From contig CAWDRG010000001.1 of NCBI GenBank assembly GCA_963804645.1, positions 1 to 64,000 on the forward strand: a DNA stretch of 64,000 bases, read 5' to 3'. A program made the translations under genes and the position numbers. Below are positions 1 through 10,661 of this stretch, piece by piece; the stretch's first letter is position 1; every line of letters begins with the position of its first letter. The notes under the pieces were generated by a model. It saw only the letters and a program-made list of their open reading frames with translations, made no database searches and was not told where the DNA came from. Origin of the DNA: an uncultured Bacillota bacterium (lineage in GTDB: Bacteria; Sysuimicrobiota; Sysuimicrobiia; Sysuimicrobiales; Segetimicrobiaceae).

Positions 1-177
1 ATGCATCTAAGACTGCCTTTGTGCAAGTGCGGTTGTGCCGAGTGCTAAAGGTCCCGAGAGAGCACAAGCGGGCTTTCGGGGAGTTATCGGGGAGGACCCC
101 ACCGACGGAGGAGGGCAGACGTCTAAACGGAACTCTCCATCTACATCGAACCGGCGAGGCGGGGGCAGAGGTGAAAC

Positions 178-531
178 ATGCGAAGAGGACTTTCCGGACT
201 GATCGTTCTCGGACTGGTTGCTGGCTCAAGCGTAATCGCCTTGGCAGCGAATCTGGACATCAGTCTCGTGTCCAACAATTCCCCAGTACACCATGGAGAG
301 CAAGTAATCATCGTCATCCAGACCGAGCCGGGGGCAACGTGCACGGCGCACGTCTTTACAACGTATGTGAGTTACAACCTCGGTCCACGTAAGACAGGAC
401 CAGATGGGCGGCTGACTTGGACACTTAGAAGCGCTGGAGGAGGGACGAACGTATCGGGGCAGGTTACCACAACGTGCAACGTGGCAGATCGACAGGGGAC
501 TTTGACCACGCCGTGGGAAGCACAAGCGTGA
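178..531 (+). CDS. Hypothetical secreted protein, beta-rich
   Basis: 117-aa ORF with GAGGTG RBS and an N-terminal signal peptide (MRRGLSGLIVLGLVAGSSVIALA); lies in a visibly lower-GC stretch. Confidence 0.65.
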   Translation: MRRGLSGLIVLGLVAGSSVIALAANLDISLVSNNSPVHHGEQVIIVIQTEPGATCTAHVFTTYVSYNLGPRKTGPDGRLTWTLRSAGGGTNVSGQVTTTCNVADRQGTLTTPWEAQA

Positions 532-887
532 GTCAAGAGGCGTGTTCCATATACTTCCGTCAACGTTCGCCGGAGTGTGAGACTCCCCTTACGGGTGCGG
601 GTGTTGCGCCGCTTCCCTGCGCTCTCGTTGTTCCCCGGACACATTGTTTGAGATTGTGCGCGGCTCGTCGGAGACGTCAATCAGTCTTACCGTTTTTCTC
701 AGCGAGCGCGTGAGGTACAACCGCCTAACGGACTGATAACGGGCGTGTCGAAACGACCCGTAAAATCCCGGTGATCGTCGCGAAACTATTTCTCATATTT
801 ATTGCTAGGCAAAGCTTCCGCGGTGATCGTCACGACACGACGTTGAGGTGCCCGTCGAACGATGTCTTCGCCACGCGGCGACTCGCG

Positions 888-1751
888 CTACACGCGGAAC
901 TCGCCGCGGCCGACGATCACGGCCGCACCGCCGACTTCGACGGCGCTGAGCCGTTCTGGGCTGCCGAGCACCCGCGCATGCAGTCGGGATCGCCGTCCGA
1001 TCTCGACGCCCTGGGTGATCTCGAGTTCCTCGCCGAACGCGGCGCGTGCGTGTCGGCACAGGTGCACGGCAAGTGGACCGGCGGCGGACCCCGTCGCCGG
1101 ATCCTCCGCGACCCCGTGCCCGGGGACGAAGCATCGCGTCTTCCACCGCTGGCCCTGTCCCGCGAAGCAGTTGACGCCGTGGTCGGGCGCGAGCCGCGCC
1201 ACCGCTGAGAGATCTGGCGACAGGCGCGCGACCGCATCCTCGGACTCCAAGCCGACGTAGACGTGCTTGATGCCGTTGTCGTACAGCTCGATCGGCAGCG
1301 CCGACCGGCTGACGCCGAGTGCGGCGAGCAACGGGGCCGGATCGGGCCACGGCGAGACGGTGGGAAGCGGCTGACTCATCCAGCCGAACGCCGTCCCTGG
1401 ATGGTCCAGACGCAGGCGCACGGGCACCAGGCCGCGCCCGGTCTCAAGGCGGATCGTATCCCCGTCCAGCGCTGAGGCGCCGAGGTGGGCGGCGAGGACG
1501 CACGCGGCACCAAGGACCGGGTGGCCCGCGAACGGCACCTCGCGGGCCGGCGTGAAGATCCGAATACGGGCGTGGCCCCCGCCGCTCGGGGGATAGGCGA
1601 ACACCGTCTCCGAATAGTTGATCTCCCGGACGAGCGGCGCGAGCCGGGCCTCGGGAATCGCGCGTGCGTCGACGAACACGGCGAGGGGATTCCCCGCCAG
1701 CGGCGTGTCTGTGAACACATCGCAGATCTCATACGCGTACCGGTCGGTCAC
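888..1751 (-). CDS. PhzF family (diaminopimelate epimerase-like) isomerase
   Basis: Motifs DVFTD..GNPLAV, NYSETVF, RIFTP.EVPFAGHP, EDPATGSA; GTG start at 1751 with GGGGAGG RBS. Confidence 0.9.
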   Translation of the reverse strand: MTDRYAYEICDVFTDTPLAGNPLAVFVDARAIPEARLAPLVREINYSETVFAYPPSGGGHARIRIFTPAREVPFAGHPVLGAACVLAAHLGASALDGDTIRLETGRGLVPVRLRLDHPGTAFGWMSQPLPTVSPWPDPAPLLAALGVSRSALPIELYDNGIKHVYVGLESEDAVARLSPDLSAVARLAPDHGVNCFAGQGQRWKTRCFVPGHGVAEDPATGSAAGPLAVHLCRHARAAFGEELEITQGVEIGRRSRLHARVLGSPERLSAVEVGGAAVIVGRGEFRV

Positions 1752-1927
1752 GGCAGCCTCCCCGTCTTCGTCGCATGGACTGACGTCGCTGGCGCTGACG
1801 ATTTCGACGACGTCATCCGGAGCCCTTGGCAGGCGTGATCGAAACACAGTCAGCCGCGATGCACGATGACGTTTCGGGATCATACGCGCCTGTCTGCACG
1901 GTCACACGCCGCGTCCACGGCCGGGCG

Positions 1928-2428
1928 CTATGCGGGAGGCGCCGGGCGGCGATCCGGCCACACGAGCGCCATGCCGAGCCCCACGGCGATGCCGATCGCG
2001 ACCTCAATGAACCGGTGCGCCGCCCCGATCCACGCCGGCTCCTGGCGGGCCACCAGCATGACAATCGCCAGCGTCACGCTGGCAAAGCGGTACGCCGTGC
2101 GCTCCAAGTGGAGCGCCGCGCACGCCAGCCCCAGCACAAACACGCCGGCGCCGAACACGAGCACGGTCGATCCGACGGACGACACCAGGAGCGCGCCCGC
2201 GAGCGCGCCGAGCGTGGTGCCCACCAGCTGCTGCCCGGCGTTGGCCACCGTGGCGGCGAGCGTCGACTGCATCACGATCAGCGTGGTGATGGCGGCCCAA
2301 TAGACCTCCGGCAGCTGCAGGGTGCGCGCGATGCTCAGCGACAGGACCGCGGCGACGGCCGTCTTCGTCGTGTGCTCGAGCGACGGGACGTTGTCTCCCC
2401 GCAGGCCCCACTGCGTCAATCGCCCCAT
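1928..2428 (-). CDS. FUSC family / aromatic acid exporter membrane protein
   Basis: Hydrophobic 166 aa; YWAAITTLIVMQ...GTTLGA...RFIEVAIGI pattern. Confidence 0.75.
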   Translation of the reverse strand: MGRLTQWGLRGDNVPSLEHTTKTAVAAVLSLSIARTLQLPEVYWAAITTLIVMQSTLAATVANAGQQLVGTTLGALAGALLVSSVGSTVLVFGAGVFVLGLACAALHLERTAYRFASVTLAIVMLVARQEPAWIGAAHRFIEVAIGIAVGLGMALVWPDRRPAPPA

Positions 2429-2498
2429 GCCCTCGCCTCCGCCGGGTGTGCCGTGGTGCCGGCGCGCGCGCCGAAGCGGCCGGCGGGTCCGCCGCAGC

Positions 2499-4298
2499 CT
2501 ACCCCGCCGCGTCTGCGGCGGCGAGCGTCGGCGTGTTGGAGAGGAGCTCGATTGTGTACGGGTCGCGCGGTCGGTCGAGCACGTCCGCCGCCGCGCCCTG
2601 CTCGACGAACCGGCCGTCGCGAATAATGACCACGCGGTCCGCGATCGTCCGCACCAGCGCGAGGTGGTGAGTGATGAACAGGATCGTCAAGCCCATGTCG
2701 CGCCGCAGCCGGCCGAGCAGCTCGAGAATCGACGCCTGAATCGAGACGTCGAGCGACGAGGTGATCTCGTCGCAGATGAGGAGACGCGGCTCGGCCGCCA
2801 GCGCCCTCGCGATCGCGACCCGCTGCCGCTCCCCGCCGCTCAGCTGGCTGGGATAACGCGACTCATAGGCGGGGTCCACGGCCACGCGTCCGAGCAGCTC
2901 CCGCACACGCGCACGTCGATCCGACGCGGCGAGTCCGAAGATCTCGAGCGGCAGCGCGATCGCCCGCCCCACGCTGTGCCGGGGATTCAGCGACGCGTAG
3001 GGGCTCTGGAAGATGTACTGAATGCTCCGGCGCAGCTCCGCAGACCGCTGCTTCGCGGCGAGCAGGACCTCCTGACCGTCGAACAGGATCGCGCCGTCGG
3101 CGCGGCCGACGTGCAGCCCGCTGATGCAGCGGGCGAGCGTCGTCTTCCCGCTGCCCGACTCGCCGACGAGCGCCAGGCACTCGCCCTCCGACACGGCGAG
3201 ATCGACGCCGCGCAGCACCGGCCCGCGCCCGTACGACGCCGAGAACGTGCGCACTTCGACGACGGGGGACCGGCTCGCGGGCGCGCCCCCGAGGCCCCAC
3301 AGCGCCGAGTCCAGCGCCGAGGTCTGTGCGGCGAGCGCCTGCACGAACGCACCCCGGAGGCAGCGCGCCCGGTGATCGGGCTCCACCGGCTCGAACGCAG
3401 GAAGCCGCTCGGTGCAGGGCGGCTCGACAAATTCGCACCGCGCGGCGAAGGGACACGCGTCCTGACGGTCCCGCGGGCTGAGCGGCGCGCCGACGATTCC
3501 CACGAGGTTCCGGCGCTCGCGCACGCTCGGGGTCGCAAGCAGCAGCCGGCGCGTGTACGGATGCGCCGGCCGCCCGACGATCACGTCGGCCGCCGCCTCC
3601 TCGACCAGCATCCCGGCGTACATCACGCCGAGCCGGTTCGCGAACCCCGCGATCACGGCGAGATCGTGCGTGACGTAAACGGCGGCCGCTTGCTCGGCCG
3701 CGATCAGCTCGCGGATCGTCTCCAGCACGTGGCCCTGCGTCGTCACGTCGAGCCCCGTCGTCGGCTCGTCGAGCACGAGCACGCGGGGCCGGCAGAGCAC
3801 CGCCATCGCGATCGCCACGCGCTGGAGTTGGCCGCCGGAGAGCTGGTGCGGGTACCGGCCCCGAAACTCCCGCGACGTCGGCAGATGCACCTTGGCGAGC
3901 ACGTCATGGATGCGGGTGTCGCGGGCCACGTTTCCGCCGGCGTGCGCCGACAGCGTCTCCCGCAGCTGCACCCCGATGCGAAGCGCCGGATTGAGCGAGG
4001 CGGTCGGATCCTGGGGCACGTAGGAGATCAGCCGCCCCCGCGCCCGCCGGCGGGCGGACTCGTCGGCGCCGATCATCTCGACGCCGTCCACCATCACCGA
4101 GCCGCTGAGGTGCGTCCCCGGGCGCGGGTACCCGAGGAGCGCCAGCGCCACGGTCGTTTTCCCGGACCCCGACTCCCCGACCAGCCCGAACACGTCGCCG
4201 GGCCGCAGCGCTAGATCGATCCCCTCGACGATCGCGTACGGGCGCACGCCCCGCACGACGACGCGGAGGCCGGCCGCGCGCAGCACGTCGCCGGTCAC
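2499..4298 (-). CDS. Peptide/nickel ABC transporter ATP-binding protein with two fused ATPase domains (DppD/DppF-like)
   Basis: Two GESGSGKTT Walker A motifs, two LSGG(Q/E) signatures, HPYT and CPFAARC motifs; GTG start overlaps the upstream stop (GTGA). Confidence 0.92.
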   Translation of the reverse strand: MTGDVLRAAGLRVVVRGVRPYAIVEGIDLALRPGDVFGLVGESGSGKTTVALALLGYPRPGTHLSGSVMVDGVEMIGADESARRRARGRLISYVPQDPTASLNPALRIGVQLRETLSAHAGGNVARDTRIHDVLAKVHLPTSREFRGRYPHQLSGGQLQRVAIAMAVLCRPRVLVLDEPTTGLDVTTQGHVLETIRELIAAEQAAAVYVTHDLAVIAGFANRLGVMYAGMLVEEAAADVIVGRPAHPYTRRLLLATPSVRERRNLVGIVGAPLSPRDRQDACPFAARCEFVEPPCTERLPAFEPVEPDHRARCLRGAFVQALAAQTSALDSALWGLGGAPASRSPVVEVRTFSASYGRGPVLRGVDLAVSEGECLALVGESGSGKTTLARCISGLHVGRADGAILFDGQEVLLAAKQRSAELRRSIQYIFQSPYASLNPRHSVGRAIALPLEIFGLAASDRRARVRELLGRVAVDPAYESRYPSQLSGGERQRVAIARALAAEPRLLICDEITSSLDVSIQASILELLGRLRRDMGLTILFITHHLALVRTIADRVVIIRDGRFVEQGAAADVLDRPRDPYTIELLSNTPTLAAADAAG

Positions 4299-5188
4299 GA
4301 CTCGACCTTCCGGTCGACGCCGGCGACGGCGCGGCCGAGCCCGTCGGTGACGAGGTTGCTGCCGACGGTCACGAGCGCGATCACCAGCACGGGCAGGAGG
4401 ACCGCCCACGGGGCGACGTTCAGGCCGGGCTGGTTCTCCTGGATCATCAACCCCCAGTCGGCCGCGGGCGGCTGGACGCCGAACCCGAGGTAGTCGAGGC
4501 TCGCGATCAGGCCGATCGAGTACGTCAGCCGCAGCCCAAACTCGACGGTCAGCGGAGCGACGACGTTCGGGAGGACCTCCCCGAGCAGGATGCGGAATCG
4601 GGGGACGCCGATGCCCTCGGCGTACTTGATGAAATCGAGGTCGCGGACCTGCAGCGTCGCCGCGCGGATCACGCGCGCCGTCGGCGGCATGTAGGAAATG
4701 CCGACCACGAGCACGATCACCCAGAGGGCGGGACCGATGATGGTGATGCACATGAGGACGAGGACGATCGACGGAAACGCGAGCAGGAGATCCATGCCCC
4801 GCATCAGCACCTCGTCCGCGGCGCGCAGCGTGTAGCCCGCCACGAGGCCGACGACCGTCCCCGTGGAGACGCCGATCATCGTCGAGACGAGGGCGAGGAC
4901 GAGCACGGCGCGGCCGCCGTCGAGGAAGCGGCTCAGGACGTCGCGCCCGAGGTAGTCGGTCCCGAGCGGCGCCGTGTGCGACGGCGGCGAGAAGGGGACG
5001 CCCACAAAGCCCGTCGCGCTGCGCGGGGCGACGGCCGGCCCGATGAACGCCACCGCGACGACGAGCCCCACGATCCCGAGGCCAACCCGGGTGCGGCCGA
5101 ACCGAAGGGCCTGCAGCAGCTGCTGCCCCCACGTGTCCGTCCGGCGCGGCGCGGCCGCCGGCGCCGCCTGGGACGCGACGGCGCTCAC
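4295..5188 (-). CDS. Peptide ABC transporter permease (DppC/OppC-like)
   Basis: LGTDYLGRDVLSR, EAA-like loop, LGFGVQPPAADWGLMI. Confidence 0.92.
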   Translation of the reverse strand: MSAVASQAAPAAAPRRTDTWGQQLLQALRFGRTRVGLGIVGLVVAVAFIGPAVAPRSATGFVGVPFSPPSHTAPLGTDYLGRDVLSRFLDGGRAVLVLALVSTMIGVSTGTVVGLVAGYTLRAADEVLMRGMDLLLAFPSIVLVLMCITIIGPALWVIVLVVGISYMPPTARVIRAATLQVRDLDFIKYAEGIGVPRFRILLGEVLPNVVAPLTVEFGLRLTYSIGLIASLDYLGFGVQPPAADWGLMIQENQPGLNVAPWAVLLPVLVIALVTVGSNLVTDGLGRAVAGVDRKVES

Positions 5189-6150
5189 GACCGTTCCCCC
5201 GCTCCCGAGGCGCGCAGGCGCGGGGTCACGAGGATGACCAGCAGGTCCGCGACGAGGTTCACGGTCACGTAGAACGCGGCGAGGATGACGGTCAGCGTCT
5301 GGATCAGCGGGATGTCGCGGTCGTTCACGGCCTCGACCAGCGTACGGCCGAACCCCGGATAGTCGAACACCGTCTCGACGACGACGACGCCGCCGGCGAG
5401 AAAGAGGAGCGTCAGCGCGGTCGCCTGGATCGTCGGCGCGATCGCATTCGGCAGCGCGTGGTAGAGGACGACGCGGCGCTCCGGCAGTCCCTTGAGGCGG
5501 GCCATCAGCACGTAATCGCTCTGCAGCACTTCCAGCATGCTCGCCCGGATCATCCGGATCGGGTAAGGCACGACCCCGAGCACCAGTGTCAGGATCGGCA
5601 GCACCGCCACCGTCAGCTGCTGCCAGATCGACCGGGACGGATCGATGATCGATGCCGGCGGCAGCACGTGCAAGACGCTCGTCGCGAGCACGTAGATGAG
5701 CGCGATCCCGATCACAAACGCCGGCACCGCCGCGAGCACGAGCGTGAGCACCGAGATGATCGGATCGATCCGGCCGTCACTGCGCAGCGCGCTGAGCGTC
5801 CCGACGGCGAGCGCGAGCGGGGTCGCCACGAGGGTCGTCCCCGCGGCGAGAATCGCGGTGTTCTCGATACCGGCCGAGACGATCTGGGAGACGGGCTGCT
5901 GTGACACGAGCGATGTCCCCCACCGGCCGGTCACGAGCCCGGCCAGCCAGTGCCAGTACTGGACCGGTGGGGGCTCGTCGAGGTGCATCTGCGCGCGCAG
6001 CGCGGCCACCGACGCCGGCGTTGCGTAGCGGCCGAGCAGGTTCTGGGCGGCGTCGCCGGGGAGGAGCTGCGTCGCGATGAACACCAGCGCCGAGGCCAGC
6101 CACAGGATGAGGACCCCGGCGCCGACGCGGCGGAGGATCACGCGTGTCAC
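5185..6150 (-). CDS. Peptide ABC transporter permease (DppB/OppB-like)
   Basis: LPGDAA..LG, DYVLMARLKGL, VETVFDYPGFG, RDIPLIQ. Confidence 0.92.
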   Translation of the reverse strand: MTRVILRRVGAGVLILWLASALVFIATQLLPGDAAQNLLGRYATPASVAALRAQMHLDEPPPVQYWHWLAGLVTGRWGTSLVSQQPVSQIVSAGIENTAILAAGTTLVATPLALAVGTLSALRSDGRIDPIISVLTLVLAAVPAFVIGIALIYVLATSVLHVLPPASIIDPSRSIWQQLTVAVLPILTLVLGVVPYPIRMIRASMLEVLQSDYVLMARLKGLPERRVVLYHALPNAIAPTIQATALTLLFLAGGVVVVETVFDYPGFGRTLVEAVNDRDIPLIQTLTVILAAFYVTVNLVADLLVILVTPRLRASGAGERS

Positions 6151-6265
6151 CCGGACCCTCCGCCCATCATCGTGGGGTTAGCGGAGCCCGCCGGTGCGGC
6201 GCGCCGCGAAGACGCACCGCACCGGCGGGTGGACGACCTGTGCACGTGCCGACATCGGATCACTC

Positions 6266-7795
6266 CTACCGGAACGACACCTCACGGTAGCGGTACTGCC
6301 CGAGGCTCCAGCCCGTCGACGCGTCGGGGACCACCCCGTCCAGATTGGCGCTGTAGGCGTCGACCGTCGCCCGGAACGACGTGATGATGTCCCCGCCGCT
6401 CTCGTGCAGGATCTTTTCGACCGCCGTGAGCTTCTCGTTCCGCCGCGCGACATCGGTTTCGGTCAGCGCGTCCCTGTACAGCGCGATCGACTTCGGATCG
6501 CTCCAGTGGGTTTCGTTGAAGATCCCGCCCGGGACGTTCCGCAGGGCGAACATGATCCCAAACGGCTTGTCGCCGTAGTAGCCCTGGCTGAACTGCCACA
6601 GCGTGAACTTCGAGCTGTAGACCGCGGGCTGGACGACCTCCACGTTCACGGTGATGCCGGCGGCTTTCGCGTTCTCCGCGAACACCTGGGCACCGGCCAC
6701 CAGCCCGGCGTCCACGTCCACGGTCACGAAGTTGATCGTCATGCCGGACTGCCCCGCGGCCTTCAGCAGGGACTTCGCCTGATCGAGATCCTGCACGCGC
6801 TGCGCCACGTCGGCCGGGTACGCCGGGTCGTGCGGGCAGGGCATGTCGTTCCCGACCGACCCGTAGCCGCTGTACACCTGCTGGACCGTCTGCGTCCGGT
6901 TGGCGATCAGCCGGAATGCCTGGCGGACGCGCACGTCGGTGAACGGCGGCAGATCAACCCGCATCGTAATCGGCTGCAGGTAGCCGGCCTTGGCGGTCAG
7001 CACACGGAGGTTCGGCCGGGCTTGAACCACCGGGATCTGCGCCTGCGGCAGCCCGTCGATCGCGTCGACCTGCCCCGCGAGCAGCGCGTTCACCTGCGAC
7101 GTGGGGTCCGGGAAGTCGATGATCACCAACTGATCGAGCTTCGGCTGGCCGCTGATCCAGTAGCGCGGGTTGCGCACGAACACGCTCCGCTGGCCCGGCA
7201 CGAAACTCTGGAACATGAAGGGGCCGGAGCCGACCGGCTTCGTCGGATCGAACCCGACCGGGACGATCGCGGCCTGCGGAATATAGAAGCGCTCGGCAAC
7301 GATCGCGTCCGGATAATTCAGGGCCAGACTCACGGTCCGCGCGTCCACCTTCGTAAGCCCGTTCGCGTTGATCGACCCGAGGCTCTTGGCCGCCCGGCCG
7401 GGATTCTTCGGGTCGAGAATCCGCTGAATGGAGAAGATCAGATCGTCGGCGGTGACCGGCTTGCCGTCGTGCCACGTCGCGCCGCTGCGCAGCCGGATCG
7501 TGGCGACGGTCGCCGTCTTGTTGAGCTCGATCGACTCCGCGAGCCCGTACTGAAGCGTGAAGTCCTTGTGGTCGAAGTAAGTCAGCGTGTCGTAGAGGTT
7601 GAACATCCGCTGCAGATCGATGTTCGACTGGCTGAAGTGGCAGTCCAATGTATCCTTCGGGCTGCCGAGACTCCCCACCCTCAGCGTGCGCGCAGAGGCC
7701 CCCGCAAACGCATCCTTCCCCAGCGCCAGCCCACCGACCGCGGCAAGACCCGTAGAGACGAACCGACGTCTCGTCAGCCTAGTGAAGTCAGACAA
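6266..7795 (-). CDS. Peptide ABC transporter substrate-binding protein (family 5), Tat-exported
   Basis: TRRRF Tat signal; LRSGATWHDGKPVTADD, GSGPF and VRQAF motifs. Confidence 0.9.
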   Translation of the reverse strand: MSDFTRLTRRRFVSTGLAAVGGLALGKDAFAGASARTLRVGSLGSPKDTLDCHFSQSNIDLQRMFNLYDTLTYFDHKDFTLQYGLAESIELNKTATVATIRLRSGATWHDGKPVTADDLIFSIQRILDPKNPGRAAKSLGSINANGLTKVDARTVSLALNYPDAIVAERFYIPQAAIVPVGFDPTKPVGSGPFMFQSFVPGQRSVFVRNPRYWISGQPKLDQLVIIDFPDPTSQVNALLAGQVDAIDGLPQAQIPVVQARPNLRVLTAKAGYLQPITMRVDLPPFTDVRVRQAFRLIANRTQTVQQVYSGYGSVGNDMPCPHDPAYPADVAQRVQDLDQAKSLLKAAGQSGMTINFVTVDVDAGLVAGAQVFAENAKAAGITVNVEVVQPAVYSSKFTLWQFSQGYYGDKPFGIMFALRNVPGGIFNETHWSDPKSIALYRDALTETDVARRNEKLTAVEKILHESGGDIITSFRATVDAYSANLDGVVPDASTGWSLGQYRYREVSFR

Positions 7796-7986
7796 GGATC
7801 CTCTCCCCTCCCCTCGGGACGGATCTGATTGAATAAACCATGACGAATGACGCGTTAGACGAGTGTTAAGGAGGGGTGGTTCCGTTCCCCGCCCAGGAAC
7901 TCCTGCCGGGCGGACGCGCGGAGCCCGCCTCGTGCCGCACGGGGCCCCGGGAATCTACAAACGTGGACGGCCCAATTCGGGGGCCC

Positions 7987-8016
7987 GTTACACATTTGTG
8001 ACGAAATCGTGACGAA
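7987..8016 (+). promoter_or_regulatory. Three 11-bp-period direct repeats, Pho-box/OmpR-family-like operator
   Basis: GTTACACA (7987), GTGACGAA (7998), GTGACGAA (8009) upstream of the response regulator. Confidence 0.5.
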
Positions 8017-8114
8017 TGCCCAACACGCGTGCGCCACCATCAAGGGAGCCGCACCAGGGGAGGGCTTACGTGACCGTTGGAGAAACGACCAGGCTACATC
8101 CGTCGAGGTTGCCG

Positions 8115-8885
8115 ATGCTGGACGCGCACGCGAGGGACACGCACACGAAGGAGAAAGGAAGCGCACCCCCGACCAAGCGGGAGCGGCCGGCGGGCGGCCG
8201 GATTCTCGTCGTCGACGACGAACCGCATATCGTTGAACTGGTCAAGTACAATCTGGCCCAGGAAGGGTACGAGGTCGTCGTCTCGTACGATGGGCGCGAC
8301 GCCCTCGAAAAGGCCCGTGCCATCGGACCGGATTTGGTGGTGCTGGATCTGATGCTGCCGTACGTGGACGGGCGTGAGGTGTGCCGCGCGCTCCGGCGCG
8401 AATCGTCGGTGCCGATCCTCATGCTGACGGCCAAGGACACCGAGCAGGACCGCGTGCTCGGCCTGGAACTCGGGGCCGACGACTATGTGACGAAGCCGTT
8501 CAGTCCGCGAGAGCTGGTCGCGCGCGTGCGCGCGATTCTCCGCCGGTCGGCCCACGACACCTTCCCGTCCGAGGAGATCCCGGTCACGGCGGGTGGGCTG
8601 CTCCTCGACCCCAAGACGCACGAGGTGCGTCTAAGCGAGCGGCTGATCGAGCTGACGACCAAGGAGTTCGACGTTCTCCGCCTGCTGATGAGCCACCCGA
8701 ACCAGGTGTTCACGCGGGACTTCCTGCTCGAGCACATCTGGGGCTACGAGTACTTCGGCAGCACCCGCACCGTGGACATGCACATCAGTCGCCTGCGCGA
8801 GAAGATCGAGGACGATCCGATCGCGCCGACCTTCATCATGACCGTCAGGGGCGTGGGCTACAAGTTCAAGAAAGAGGCCGAATGA
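8115..8885 (+). CDS. OmpR-family response regulator, PhoB/PhoP-like
   Basis: Receiver domain (VVDDE, LDLMLP, KPF) plus winged helix (RTVDMHISRLREKIE, TVRGVGY); start uncertain. Confidence 0.9.
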   Translation: MLDAHARDTHTKEKGSAPPTKRERPAGGRILVVDDEPHIVELVKYNLAQEGYEVVVSYDGRDALEKARAIGPDLVVLDLMLPYVDGREVCRALRRESSVPILMLTAKDTEQDRVLGLELGADDYVTKPFSPRELVARVRAILRRSAHDTFPSEEIPVTAGGLLLDPKTHEVRLSERLIELTTKEFDVLRLLMSHPNQVFTRDFLLEHIWGYEYFGSTRTVDMHISRLREKIEDDPIAPTFIMTVRGVGYKFKKEAE

Positions 8886-10661
8886 GGCGGAGCCTTCGCT
8901 GGAAGCTGACCGGTAGCTATCTGCTGCTCGTCGTCTTTTCGCTCGCCGTCACGGCCGCGTACCTGATCCCGGCGATCACGCGGTTTTACCTGACGTCGTA
9001 TCAGCGGGACGTCCTCAACCAGGCGGAGATGGTCGCCCGGATGCTCGAACGTCCGGGCCTGCGGCATACGCCCCTCTCGACGCTCGATAAGATCGCGGCC
9101 ACCTTCGCGTGGCGCAACCAGGTGTACATCGGGGTGCGCGACGCGAGCGGGCACACGCTCCCGACGAGCGCGTCGGATGGCCCCAGCCCCGGCCCGGTCG
9201 GGCCCGAGGTCGCGTCCGCCGCGCAGGGAGAGCCGGCCTCGAGCGTGCGGTACGGCGGGCCGGGCGGCGAAGCGCGCGTCTTCGCCGCGGCTCCCATCCT
9301 CGACAGCGGGAAGGTCCGGGGCGTCGTGCAGGTCAGCCTCCCGAGAATTTGGGTGGACCGAGCGCTTCTGCCGGCCTGGTGGGCGCTCCTCACCGCGCTG
9401 GTGCTCGGCACGATCGCGGCCTTGGCGCTCGGCACGTGGCGCGCGCGCGCACTGTCGTGGCCCGTGCTCGAGCTCGCGCACGCGGCCCAGGCCATCGCGG
9501 CGGGGGACCTCACCAAGCGGGTGAGCGTGCGGGGCGAGGACGAGATCGCGCAGCTGGCCGCGTCCTTCAACACGATGGCGGCGGAGCTCCGACAAAAACT
9601 CGCGGCGGTCAACGAGGAGCACGCCCGCGTCGAGGCGATCATCTCCAGCATGAACGACGCGGTGGTCGCGGTCGACGCCCAAGGCGTGATCCTGCTCGTC
9701 AACCGTGCCGCCGGCGACCTGCTCGGGCTCGGCGCCGCCACGCGCGGCAAGCCGCTGCGCCCGCTGCTGGGGGCGCACCCGCTCTGCCGGTTTATCGACG
9801 CCACCGCGGCGCAGGGTGCGGTGGTCGAAGAAGAAGTCAGCCTCGGCCCGCCGGACGAGCGCCTGCTCGAGGTGCACGCGACCCCGCTGCGTCCGCCCGG
9901 GGCGAGTGCCGGCGGCGTCGTGGCGGTCGTCCGCGACGTCACGGAGCTGCGGCACAGCGAGCGGCTCCGCCGGGAGCTCACCGCGAACGTGTCGCACGAG
10001 CTCAAGACGCCGCTGACGTCGATCAAGGGGTTCGCGGAGACGCTGCTCGCGGGGGCGATGGCCGATGCGACCTCGTGCCGCCGGTTCCTCACGATCATCG
10101 ACGACGAGGCGTCCCGCCTGATGAAGCTCGTGGACGACTTGATGAGCCTGTCCCGACTGGAATCCCGCGCCGTGGCGATCGAGCCGGCGCCGGTCCGGCT
10201 CGATCAGCTCGCCGACGAAGCGATGGGCCGGATGCGGCCGCAGGCCGAGCGCCGCCGGATCACGCTGCGCGCGAGCGCGCTCGAACCCGAGCTCGTGATG
10301 GCCGACGCGCGACCAGATTCTCCACGTGCTGACCAACCTGCTCGACAACGCCATCAAGTTCACGCCGGAGGGCGGCACGGTCGAGGTCGCGGTGCGCCGG
10401 AGCGCCGGCGGCGCCGAGGTGCAGGTCTCCGACTCCGGGCGCGGCATCCCCGACGAGGCGCTGCCCCGGATCTTCGAGCGGTTCTATCGGGTCGAGCGGT
10501 CCCGCAGCCGCGAGGCGGGCGGCACCGGCCTCGGACTCGCGATCGCGAAGCACATCATCGATGCGCACGGCGGGCAGATCAGCGTCGGCAGCCGCGTGGG
10601 ACACGGCAGTGTCTTCACCGTGCGTTTGCCGGGCGTGGCCCCGGCCCCGGCGGAGACGTAG
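8882..10661 (+). CDS. PhoR-like sensor histidine kinase (TM-HAMP-PAS-HisKA-HATPase) with a single-base frameshift near 10307
   Basis: ANVSHELKTPLTSIKGF H-box; NLLDNAIKF, DSGRGI and GGTGLGL continue in another frame; one extra base in GCC GAC G CGC GAC CAG. Confidence 0.88.

Noticed and set aside
781..835. c-di-GMP-I riboswitch-like GCAAAGCTTCCG
   Set aside because: Lacks the GAAA-capped stem and receptor helix, and no gene lies downstream on that strand
888..1751. Phenazine biosynthesis
   Set aside because: Stand-alone PhzF-family gene with no other phz genes
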